Positions 44,207 through 52,343 of a stretch of 64,000 nucleotides of DNA are shown piece by piece. The DNA comes from Clostridia bacterium. GTDB taxonomy: Bacteria > Bacillota > Clostridia > Christensenellales > CAG-138. Within the stretch, counting starts at the first letter, position 1. The number at the start of each line of letters is the position of its first letter. The stretch covers positions 6,429 to 70,428 of the forward strand of contig JAUNJX010000002.1 in NCBI GenBank assembly GCA_030533005.1. The letters are read 5' to 3'. Position numbers and translations under genes: made by a program. Under the pieces are notes generated by a model that ran no database searches, was not told the DNA's origin, and worked only from the letters and a program-made list of their open reading frames with translations.

Positions 44207-44354
44207 AAAGCAAAACGCAAACGAGGAAGCCATGCGGGCGTCACAGGTGATGCGCCGCATGAATCAGGGGGAGATCCCCTCTGACGTACTGGGCAGCTAT
44301 ACGGGCACGGACGAATACGACGAACAGCCCGTGCAGGATGTAGACGATCTGTAG
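44187..44354 (+). CDS. possible 55-aa acidic small protein
   Basis: MPMKKNEKQNANEEAMRASQVMRRMNQGEIPSDVLGSYTGTDEYDEQPVQDVDDL. Overlaps the upstream stop. No clear RBS. Below the ORF-track size cutoff. Confidence 0.35.
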   Translation: MPMKKNEKQNANEEAMRASQVMRRMNQGEIPSDVLGSYTGTDEYDEQPVQDVDDL

Positions 44355-44764
44355 CGCGCTGCGCTTTCGCTCCAACGACTTCGCCGTCGGAGCGAGGTTT
44401 GCACGTTTTGCCTCTCGCCCTGCGGGCTCCGAACGGCAAACCGTGAGCGGAAACGGCCACTTGGGCCGATCCGTTCCGCCGGCAGAGCCGTCGGAGCCGG
44501 AACAAATGGGGCTGCCGCCCCATACCCCGGGGGATTCGGGGGTCAGATTCGGATTAAAGCCACAGATGCCGCCCCATACCCTGGGGGATTCGGGGGTCGC
44601 AACCCCCGGAAGCTAAAATCGCCCGCGCCGGCTTTGCCGGTGCGGGCGTGTGTAAATCCGAAGGATTTCAGTCTCTGCGCTTTTCGGCGGCCGTGAGCAA
44701 ACGCGAACAGCCGAAAAGCGTAACCCTCAGACCCGGTCGCATGACCGGGTCTGAAAGCGAAGCG
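44355..44764. repeat. mosaic hairpin-array repeat, copy R9 (largest compound array)
   Basis: Contains the 12030-12115 modules, an internal tandem TGCCGCCCCATACCCYGGGGGATTCGGGGGTC x2 and the GCAACCCCCGGAAGC / CGCCCGCGCCGGCTTTGCCGGTGCGGGCG / AAATCCGAAGGATTT series. Ends CAGACCCGGTCGCATGACCGGGTCTGAAAGCGAAGCG at the AEC gene stop. Confidence 0.85.
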
Positions 44765-45733
44765 CTACACGAATAGCATCAATATCGGCACCGCCGCAAA
44801 GCACGCGATGGTGCTGATGCTCATGCCGAGCGCCGCGTACCCCTCGTCCGCGCCGCATTCGGCGCTTAGCACCACCACCTGCGTCATGACCGGCATGGCC
44901 ATCTCGATCATGAGCATGCTCTTTACGCTGCCCGTGATTCCCAGCGTGCGGCAGAACAGTACGCAGCACACAGGCGCGATCACAAAGCGGAACAGCAGCA
45001 CGAGCGCAAGGCTCAGGGTAAGCTTGCCGCCGCCCGGCTGCGCTTTGGGCGCAGCCTTTTTTGACGCGAACAGCTCATAGATCACAAAGCCCGAATACAA
45101 AAGTGCGATGGGGGAGACGGTGTTCCCCATATAGCCCGCGAAATCGAGGATCAGCTTGGGAAGCTGCACATCCAGTAAAATCAGCACCACGCACAGCGCG
45201 ATCATGTAAAGCGGGGGCTTGATAAACGCCTTTAGAAACTGCCGGAGGGTGCGCCTTTGGCGCGGCTGCTCGTTGCCGTAATTGAGGAATGCCACGCCGA
45301 CGGTCTGAAAGGCAAGGGTGTTGACGATATAGTAGGCAAGCACCACGGGCACCGCGGCGTCGCCAAAGAGCGCCGTGCACATGGGGTAGCCTATGAACAT
45401 GGAATTGGCCACAAAGCACATTACCACAAAAACGCCAAGGCGCTTGGGCGGCAGCTTCAAAAGCCGCGCCACGGCATAGGCGAGCAGCAGCATCACGCCG
45501 ATGCCGCAAACGCTTACCAGCAGCACCGCGCGCATCTCAAGCAGCAGCGCGTGCGTTACCTTGCCCATCAGCCCGTTTACACACATGCAGGGCAGGGCGA
45601 TATTCATGATGTATTTTACAAGGAAAGCCTTGTGCTCGTGCTTCATCCAGCCCATGCGGCCGCAAAAGCAACCCACCGCCGTCATGAGCAGTATCAGCAT
45701 GACGGCGGTGGCGGAATGAGAGAAAGCTTGCAT
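44765..45733 (-). CDS. AEC-family (auxin efflux carrier-like) transporter
   Basis: 322 aa, about 10 TM segments, typical AEC N-terminus and length. Confidence 0.8.
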   Translation of the reverse strand: MQAFSHSATAVMLILLMTAVGCFCGRMGWMKHEHKAFLVKYIMNIALPCMCVNGLMGKVTHALLLEMRAVLLVSVCGIGVMLLLAYAVARLLKLPPKRLGVFVVMCFVANSMFIGYPMCTALFGDAAVPVVLAYYIVNTLAFQTVGVAFLNYGNEQPRQRRTLRQFLKAFIKPPLYMIALCVVLILLDVQLPKLILDFAGYMGNTVSPIALLYSGFVIYELFASKKAAPKAQPGGGKLTLSLALVLLFRFVIAPVCCVLFCRTLGITGSVKSMLMIEMAMPVMTQVVVLSAECGADEGYAALGMSISTIACFAAVPILMLFV

Positions 45734-45735
45734 AC

Positions 45736-47079
45736 TTACTTAATTTTTTTGCACTCCAGATAGTAGCGCTTTTCGTGTGCCTCGCCCATGGAGAAGGTCT
45801 TGCGGGGCAGGGCGCCGTCGAACACGACGGTGGGGAAAAGCTGGGATTTGGGCATGGGGGGAAGCAGGAAGCCCATGTTCTCCGCCTTGCTGCCAAGGTC
45901 GTACACCACGTCCTCGCCGTGGATATAGTCGATGGTCGCACCCGGCATGTCCTTGAGCATCGCGTCCAGCGCGTTTTGCAGCGTCCCGACCTCAAGCTGC
46001 GCTGCGGGTGCTGTCACCTTGAGGAAGCCGAAGGATTTGGGCGTGACGAACGGCATAATGTGCGCGTCCTGCTGCTGCGCCTGTTTGGCGGCGGTTTCCG
46101 CCTCCTCGCGCGTAAAGAACTGCATCAGCTCGCACCCGCCGTTGTCAGCCTGCATCTTCTTTTGCAGATACCCAAGCGCCTTGTCCGCGTCCAAATGGAA
46201 CAATACGCGGTGGATAGGCTCAAAGATGATGCCCGCATCGTGCACGTTTTCAAGCTCCACAAGGCAGAAGCGCGCGGGGTGCGTCTTTTGCTCCTCGGGG
46301 GAGAGCGTCGCCTTGATGTTTTCCCAGCTTGCCTTGGCCGTGGCGAAGGAATGGTTGCCGTCGCCCATCGCAAAGAGCAGCGGCGGCTGATCCGCGCCGT
46401 ATTGTTTGGCGAATTTCGCGGGGTCTACCAGTGCTGCCATGGCGTTTAGCGTGCGCTCGATCACGGCTTCGTCCTTCATGAACCAGCCCTTGACCGTGCC
46501 GCCGTTTTGCATCAGGGTAAAATCGTACTTGAGATCGGCCTTCTTGGCGTCCGCTTCGAGAGGCTCGATGACGGTCTTGTCCGGATCGTCGATCAAAACC
46601 AGTATGTGCGGCATCTCAAGCGGCGCGTCCTTGCGGATGCGAAGGCGGGGCGGGATGCGCTCCACAATGGTGCCCTCCGTCGCGCGGATGAGCGTCTTGC
46701 TGCCCTTTTCGTAGCTGTAGCGCTCCAAGTCCAGCGCGATCATAAGCCCTAAGCGGGTCTTGCCGTCCACATGGCGGCGAACCAGCATAAGCCCCTGCCC
46801 GATGCTCTCCAATACGCCCTCCGCCATATAGCGATCCATGGCGGCGTTGATGGCCGTGATGCGCTCCGCCTCATCCGGCTTGTCCAGATAGAATTCCGGC
46901 AGCATGATGCGCAGCGTGCTCGGGGAATCGCCCACGATGGCCTCTGTCTCCTTCCAGTAATCGGGCTGGGAGGTATACTGATCGCAGGCGACGACAGCCC
47001 ACTTCTGCATGTCCACAGAGTTGTTTGGCAACAGGATCTCCGGCACGCAAACGCCGATGTCGTTGTGAAACTTATCCAT
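45736..47079 (-). CDS. DUF1015 domain-containing protein
   Basis: WAVVACDQYTSQPDYW and LIRATEGTIVERIPPRLRIR motifs are characteristic of DUF1015. Confidence 0.82.
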   Translation of the reverse strand: MDKFHNDIGVCVPEILLPNNSVDMQKWAVVACDQYTSQPDYWKETEAIVGDSPSTLRIMLPEFYLDKPDEAERITAINAAMDRYMAEGVLESIGQGLMLVRRHVDGKTRLGLMIALDLERYSYEKGSKTLIRATEGTIVERIPPRLRIRKDAPLEMPHILVLIDDPDKTVIEPLEADAKKADLKYDFTLMQNGGTVKGWFMKDEAVIERTLNAMAALVDPAKFAKQYGADQPPLLFAMGDGNHSFATAKASWENIKATLSPEEQKTHPARFCLVELENVHDAGIIFEPIHRVLFHLDADKALGYLQKKMQADNGGCELMQFFTREEAETAAKQAQQQDAHIMPFVTPKSFGFLKVTAPAAQLEVGTLQNALDAMLKDMPGATIDYIHGEDVVYDLGSKAENMGFLLPPMPKSQLFPTVVFDGALPRKTFSMGEAHEKRYYLECKKIK

Positions 47080-47287
47080 TGATTTCCTCCATGTATTGTA
47101 GATTTGTAATGCGTCCCAAACGGGCGGAATTGTCCTTCCTTATTGTACAATAGGCCGTGTGCGCGGTCAAAAAATATATAAAGAAATTTGCTTTAACACT
47201 TTACTTTGGTAAAGCATCATGGTATACTCAAACCCGTCGCCGGAAGGCGGCATGAAAACGAAATTCTTTTGAAGGAGATAAACGAAC

Positions 47288-48193
47288 ATGAAGAAACTGA
47301 TGATGATCCTGATGGCAGCCCTGCTGCTCGTAAGCGCCTGCGCGTGCGCGGCGCCCGCCGCAGCCCCCGCCGCTACCGCCGATCCCGACGTGCTGGCAGA
47401 GGCCGAAGCGAGCTGGACGCTCTCTGAGGAAGCGCTCGCCGAAGAACCCGCGGCAGAACCCGCCGCGGAGGACGATCTTGCCTACATTACGGGCAAGGGC
47501 AACATGGTGATCGGCATCACCATCTTTGAGCCCATGAACTATTACGAGGGCGAAAAGCTGGTGGGCTTCGATACGGAGTTTGCGGAGGCCGTCTGCGCCA
47601 AGCTTGGCGTGACGCCTGAATTCATCGAGATCAACTGGGACACCAAGGAGACCGAGCTTGCCTCCAAGAACATCGACTGCATCTGGAACGGCCTGACCAT
47701 CACTGAGGATCGCAAGGCCAACATGGAGATCACCGATCCGTACATCAAGAACATGCAGGTGGTCGTGGTAAAGGCCGCGAATGCCGCGAACCTTGCGACC
47801 GTGGAAGCGCTTGGCGGCGCCAACCTCGTAGCCGAGATGGGCTCCGCGGGCGAGACCGTCATCAAGGAGGACGCCGTCCTCTCCGGTGCGAACTTCGTCG
47901 CCGTTGCCAAGCAGACCGACGCGCTGCTGGAGGTCAAGGCGGGCACGGCCGACGCGTGCGTGCTGGATTACACGCTTGCGAAGTCCATGGTGGGCGAGGG
48001 CACGGACTTTGCCGATTTGCAGATGGTGGACGGGCTTGAGCTTGCCGTCGAAGAATACGGCGTAGCCTTCCGCAAGGGCAGCAATGTTGCCGCGGCTGTC
48101 AACGAGCAGATCACGGCGCTCACGGGCGACGGCACCATGGACAAGATCGCGGAGACCTACGGCCTCACCGATTCGCTGCTGTCGAATCAGTAA
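47288..48193 (+). CDS. amino-acid ABC transporter substrate-binding lipoprotein
   Basis: Lipobox LLLVSAC and an Ala/Pro/Glu-rich linker, then an SBP_bac_3-like body (MVIGITIFEPMNYYEGEKLVGFDTEFA); RBS GAAGGAG. Confidence 0.85.
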   Translation: MKKLMMILMAALLLVSACACAAPAAAPAATADPDVLAEAEASWTLSEEALAEEPAAEPAAEDDLAYITGKGNMVIGITIFEPMNYYEGEKLVGFDTEFAEAVCAKLGVTPEFIEINWDTKETELASKNIDCIWNGLTITEDRKANMEITDPYIKNMQVVVVKAANAANLATVEALGGANLVAEMGSAGETVIKEDAVLSGANFVAVAKQTDALLEVKAGTADACVLDYTLAKSMVGEGTDFADLQMVDGLELAVEEYGVAFRKGSNVAAAVNEQITALTGDGTMDKIAETYGLTDSLLSNQ

Positions 48194-48385
48194 GAGCTTC
48201 GCTTTCGCGCGAAGTCTATCGGACTTCGCGCGACTTTTTCACGGGTCGCTTGCACCTTTGGTGCGGCCAGCGCCCCGTGCAGAGAAGCCCTTGCATAGCA
48301 AGGGCTTCCGAATCTGACGCGCATGTCGCCAGATTCGGTTTTAACCTCCGGGGGCTGCGGCCCCCGAACCCCCGGAGCTTTGGCA
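48194..48385. repeat. mosaic hairpin-array repeat, copy R10
   Basis: Starts GAGCTTCGCTTTCGCGCGAAG directly after the stop. CACGGG...CCCGTGCAGAGAAGCCCTTGCATAGCAAGGGCTT...GGGGGCTGCGGCCCCCGAACCCC is the inverted homolog of R7. Confidence 0.85.
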
Positions 48386-48405
48386 TATTGTAAAAAAGGA
48401 CTTAT

Positions 48406-49053
48406 ATGGATTTACTTACCGTTACATCAAGACTGCTGGAAGGCTTTTCCATCACCTGCAAGATATTTGCGCTGACCCTCGTGTTTGCGCTGCCGCTGGG
48501 TCTTGTGATCGCGTTTTGCTCCATGAGCAAGGTGCGGCTGGTCAAGTGGCTTTCGCGCACATTCGTCTGGATCATTCGCGGCACGCCGCTGATGCTGCAG
48601 GTCATTGTCGTTTTCTACGGCCCCGGCCTGCTCTGGGATATGCAGGCGTTCGGACGGCTGGACGCGGTGCTCATCGCCTTTATCATCAACTATGCCGCGT
48701 ATTTTTCCGAAATCTATCGCGGCGGCATCGAATCTATCCCCAAAGGGCAGTATGAGGCCGGGCAGGTGCTGGGCATGACAAAAGCGCAGATCTTCTTCAG
48801 GGTCATACTGTTGCAGGTGGTCAAGCGCATTTTGCCCCCCATGAGCAACGAGGTCATCACCTTGGTCAAGGATACGTCGCTTGCCCGCATCATCGCCGTC
48901 AAGGAGCTTATCATGATGGCGCAGGAGTACATTGCGACCTACGCGCTCATCTGGCCGCTGTTCTATTCGGGCGCGTTCTATCTGCTCTTTTGCGGGGCGC
49001 TGACGCTGCTGTTCGGGTATTTGGAAAAGCGGCTGGACTATTTCAGGGTTTGA
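48406..49053 (+). CDS. amino-acid ABC transporter permease
   Basis: HisM/GlnP-type permease with the EAA-loop region EAGQVLGMTKAQIFFRVILLQ. Confidence 0.9.
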   Translation: MDLLTVTSRLLEGFSITCKIFALTLVFALPLGLVIAFCSMSKVRLVKWLSRTFVWIIRGTPLMLQVIVVFYGPGLLWDMQAFGRLDAVLIAFIINYAAYFSEIYRGGIESIPKGQYEAGQVLGMTKAQIFFRVILLQVVKRILPPMSNEVITLVKDTSLARIIAVKELIMMAQEYIATYALIWPLFYSGAFYLLFCGALTLLFGYLEKRLDYFRV

Positions 49054-49088
49054 CGCGGACGCGATTGGGAAGGTAAGGTATAGACAGC

Positions 49089-49874
49089 ATGAGCGGTATT
49101 CTACAGGTACAGGGACTCAAAAAGCACTTCGACGCGACGGAGGTGCTAAACGGCATCGATTTTACGCTGGACAAGGGCGAGGTGCTTTCCATCATAGGCT
49201 CGTCGGGCAGCGGCAAAACGACGCTGCTGCGCTGCCTCAATTTCTTGGAAACGCCGGACGAGGGCAGGATCATCGTCAACGGCGAGACCCTCTTTGACGC
49301 AGCCGACCCCGCCACGCAGCGGGACGCGGATATACGGCAAAAGCGGCTTCGCTTTGGACTCGTGTTTCAAAACTTCAACCTTTTTCCCCAGTATACGGCC
49401 TTGCAAAACGTGACGCTCGCAAGCGAACTACTCGCCAAGGGCAAGCCGGAGTATCAGGCAAACAAGGCGAAGATCCACAACGAGATCAAGCAAAACGCCC
49501 TTGCGCTTCTTGAGCAGGTGGGGCTATCCGACAAGGCGGACAACCATCCGCACCAGCTTTCGGGCGGCCAGCAGCAGCGTGTGGCCATCGCGCGCGCGCT
49601 TGCCCTGAAGCCGGATATACTCTGCTTTGACGAGCCCACGAGCGCGCTTGACCCCGAGATTTCCGGCGAGGTGCTTCGCGCCATACGCAAGCTTGCCGAG
49701 CGCAGGATGACCATGGTGATCGTGACCCACGAGATGGGCTTTGCCCGCGAGGTGTCCAGCCGCGTCATGTTTATGGACGGCGGGCGCATCGCGGAGGAGG
49801 GACGCCCCGAGGCGGTGTTCGGCGCGCCCAAGAGCGAACGGCTGCGCGCGTTTTTGAAGGCGGTCATTCAATAG
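49089..49874 (+). CDS. amino-acid ABC transporter ATP-binding protein
   Basis: Walker [10 protein letters not shown], signature [15 protein letters not shown], Walker [13 protein letters not shown]. Confidence 0.92.
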   Translation: MSGILQVQGLKKHFDATEVLNGIDFTLDKGEVLSIIGSSGSGKTTLLRCLNFLETPDEGRIIVNGETLFDAADPATQRDADIRQKRLRFGLVFQNFNLFPQYTALQNVTLASELLAKGKPEYQANKAKIHNEIKQNALALLEQVGLSDKADNHPHQLSGGQQQRVAIARALALKPDILCFDEPTSALDPEISGEVLRAIRKLAERRMTMVIVTHEMGFAREVSSRVMFMDGGRIAEEGRPEAVFGAPKSERLRAFLKAVIQ

Positions 49875-49905
49875 GCCGCGAAAGGTAAAAGCAGGGTAAA
49901 ATGCC

Positions 49906-50199
49906 ATGTATGAAAGCAGATTAAAAAGCGAGGCGGCGGATGCGCTGTTCAAGGCCATTCTGGCGCTGCAAAACGAGGAGGAGTGTTACCGCTTCTTTGA
50001 GGATGTGTGCACCATCAGCGAGGTTGGCTCCATCGCGCAGCGCTGGGAGGTGGCAAGGCTTCTCTTTGAGGGTCTTACCTACAGCGCCATCGCAGAACGG
50101 ACGGGGGCGAGCACCGCGACCGTATCGCGCGTGGGCAAATGCCTCAATTATGGCGCGAACGGCTACCGGCTGGTACTCGATCGGCTTGCGGACAAATAG
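49906..50199 (+). CDS. YerC/YecD-family TrpR-like protein
   Basis: FFEDVCTISEVGSIAQRWEVARLL...TGASTATVSRVGKCLNYGANGY matches the YerC/YecD pattern. Confidence 0.8.
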   Translation: MYESRLKSEAADALFKAILALQNEEECYRFFEDVCTISEVGSIAQRWEVARLLFEGLTYSAIAERTGASTATVSRVGKCLNYGANGYRLVLDRLADK

Positions 50200-50203
50200 A
50201 CTA

Positions 50204-50232
50204 TTGACAATTCCTAGCAGTTCACTTATAAT
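50204..50232 (+). promoter_or_regulatory. promoter of the cysK leader
   Basis: TTGACA (50204-50209), 17-nt spacer, TATAAT (50227-50232). Confidence 0.6.
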
Positions 50233-50238
50233 TGGCGC

Positions 50239-50292
50239 ATGATGAATTTTGAGGCATGTTTCTGTTGTTGTTGTACACAGGGACGCCCGTAA
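50239..50292 (+). CDS. candidate polycysteine leader peptide MMNFEACFCCCCTQGRP
   Basis: 17 codons plus stop with TGT TTC TGT TGT TGT TGT at 50257-50274. The ATG is 6 nt after the -10 hexamer with no SD. Followed by hairpins and a terminator upstream of cysK. Confidence 0.45.
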   Translation: MMNFEACFCCCCTQGRP

Positions 50293-50374
50293 AGCCGAAG
50301 GGCGGACGCGGGCGGCTCCTATAGCCGTGCCTGTGTCCATAACAGCGGAAGGTCTTTTATTTGTAAGAAAAGAC

Positions 50375-50407
50375 AAAGCTATGTGCATAGGCATATAGCT
50401 TTTTTTG
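50375..50407 (+). terminator. leader (attenuator) terminator upstream of cysK
   Basis: AGCTATGTGC (50377-50386), loop ATAG, GCATATAGCT (50391-50400), T6 (50401-50406). Confidence 0.7.
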
Positions 50408-50477
50408 CGCTTCGCTTGCACCCCATATATTGGGTTTGCACATAGATTATAAGAAATACCAAAGGAGGAATTACAAA

Positions 50478-51440
50478 ATGGAGACCATTGCAAACGCAGT
50501 CGGCAACACGCCTTTGATCCGTATCGACTACCGCTACGAGGGCAGGGACGGCTGTATCTATACGAAGCTGGAAAGCTATAACCTCACCGGCAGCATCAAG
50601 GACAGGATGGTGGCGTATGTGCTCAAGCAGGCGCAGGAAAAGGCGGAGCTGAAAACCGGCCAGCCCATCGTGGAAACGACCTCCGGCAACACGGGCATTT
50701 CCATCGCCGCCTACGGCAGCAGCCTGGGGCATCCCGTGCACATCTTCATGCCGGATTGGGCGAGCCGGGAGCGCACGGAGCTCATGCGCATGTACGGCGC
50801 GGTCGTCCACCCCGTATCCCGCGAGGAGGGCGGCTTTATCGAAGCGCTGCGCCGATCCTATCTCTTTGCCAAGGAGGTCGGGGCATACCGCACGGATCAG
50901 TTCAACAACTACGATAACGTCATGGCACATTACTATGGCGTAGGCCCCGAGCTGTTGCAAGCCTTGCCCGACGTGGGCGCCTTTGTTTCCGGCGTGGGTA
51001 CGGGCGGCACGCTCATGGGCGTCACCAAGAGGCTCAAGGAGGATCACCCCACCCTTGCCGTCGCCGTGGAGCCGGACGCGGCCCCCATGCTAAGCGAAGG
51101 CAGGATCTACGGCCCGCACGGCATCGAGGGCATAGGCGACGACTTCATCCCCACCATCGTGGATAAAAGAAAGATCGACAGGGTCATCACCGTCAACGAT
51201 AAAGACGCCATGAACATGTCCCGCATGCTCGCGCGCGTGCTGGGGCTGGGCGTGGGCATATCCTCCGGCGCCAACCTGCTGGGCGCTGTGCAGCTCAAAG
51301 CTGGCATGGACGCGCCCGTCGCCACCGTATTTGCGGACGACAACAAAAAGTATCTCTCCACCGCCCTTTGCGGCGAGATCGTGGAGGAGGAAGGGTTTAT
51401 CTCCAATAAGATCGAGCTGTTAAGGTATGAGAGGGTGTAA
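50478..51440 (+). CDS. cysK: cysteine synthase (O-acetylserine sulfhydrylase family)
   Basis: ATG 50478 after AAAGGAGGA. PLP-lysine region ESYNLTGSIKDR and TSGNTGISIA, GVGTGGTLMG. Confidence 0.9.
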   Translation: METIANAVGNTPLIRIDYRYEGRDGCIYTKLESYNLTGSIKDRMVAYVLKQAQEKAELKTGQPIVETTSGNTGISIAAYGSSLGHPVHIFMPDWASRERTELMRMYGAVVHPVSREEGGFIEALRRSYLFAKEVGAYRTDQFNNYDNVMAHYYGVGPELLQALPDVGAFVSGVGTGGTLMGVTKRLKEDHPTLAVAVEPDAAPMLSEGRIYGPHGIEGIGDDFIPTIVDKRKIDRVITVNDKDAMNMSRMLARVLGLGVGISSGANLLGAVQLKAGMDAPVATVFADDNKKYLSTALCGEIVEEEGFISNKIELLRYERV

Positions 51441-51454
51441 CGAAAACAATGCGT

Positions 51455-51524
51455 AAAACTCGCCCCCGGTCGCATGACCGGGGGCGAAGCGCTACTGCGC
51501 ATGACCGGGGGCGAAGCGCTACTG
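51455..51524. repeat. hairpin module plus 27-bp tandem duplication (copy R11)
   Basis: CGCCCCCGGT-CGCATG-ACCGGGGGCG hairpin. CGCATGACCGGGGGCGAAGCGCTACTG occurs twice in tandem (51471-51497, 51498-51524). The second copy contains the mscS stop codon. Confidence 0.85.
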
Positions 51525-52325
51525 CGCAATATGCACATCAAGCTGCGGGAAGGGGATACTTACGCCCTCCTTTTCAAACGCGGCCTTGACCGCCTCGTTC
51601 ATTTCGCCCGGGACAGAGGCGTAATCCTCCACCTTGCAGTATACCAGCAGCAAGCATACCAGCGCGCTATCCTCCATGCGGGAAAGCACCATGGCGGGCG
51701 CGGGATCTGAAAGCACGCGCGCGTTTTTTTGCGCCGCGTCCAACAGTATCCGGCGCACCTTCTCCACATCCGTGCCGTAGGCCACGATATATTCAAGATC
51801 CTGCCGAAGATAAGGCTCTGCGGAATAGTTGATGACGCGGCCGTTGGAGAGGTTGCCGTTGGGCAGCACCACGCAGCGGTTGTCCCGCGTGCGGATGGTG
51901 GTATAGAACATGCTGACGTCCGTGACCGTGCCCGTCTCGCCGCCCGGCTCCTCGATCACGTCGCCCACCTCGAAGGGCTTAAACAGCAGCACCATCATGC
52001 CGCCCGCAAAGTTGGAAAGGCTGCCCTGCATGGCAAGGCCGATAGCGAGACCCACCGAGCCAAGCAGTGCCACAAGCGATGAGGTCGGCACGCCCACAAC
52101 GCCCGCCGCGATGATGACGAGCATAGCCTTGAGCGCAAAGCCCGCGAAGCTTTTCAGGAATGACGTGGCGCTGGGGCCGATATGCGCTGCCAAGCGGGAC
52201 TTGGGCAGGCGCTTGAGCAGATGATTGACGACGCGGAAGGCCGCAAACAGGCACGCAAGCGTGAGGAGCACCGTCATGAGCTCCCGCATGAAGGGCTTTT
52301 CTAAAAACGCCCAAATCGTTTCCAT
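51519..52325 (-). CDS. mscS: small-conductance mechanosensitive channel
   Basis: TM3/beta-domain motif GLAMQGSLSNFAGGMMVLLFKPFEVGDVI typical of MscS. Confidence 0.85.
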   Translation of the reverse strand: METIWAFLEKPFMRELMTVLLTLACLFAAFRVVNHLLKRLPKSRLAAHIGPSATSFLKSFAGFALKAMLVIIAAGVVGVPTSSLVALLGSVGLAIGLAMQGSLSNFAGGMMVLLFKPFEVGDVIEEPGGETGTVTDVSMFYTTIRTRDNRCVVLPNGNLSNGRVINYSAEPYLRQDLEYIVAYGTDVEKVRRILLDAAQKNARVLSDPAPAMVLSRMEDSALVCLLLVYCKVEDYASVPGEMNEAVKAAFEKEGVSIPFPQLDVHIAQ

Positions 52326-52343
52326 GCTCGACCTCCGTTTTGC

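Noticed and set aside
51471-51524. 27-bp direct repeats as a possible CRISPR array
   Set aside because: There are only two units, directly abutting with no spacer. They belong to the hairpin-repeat family, and no cas genes are present.
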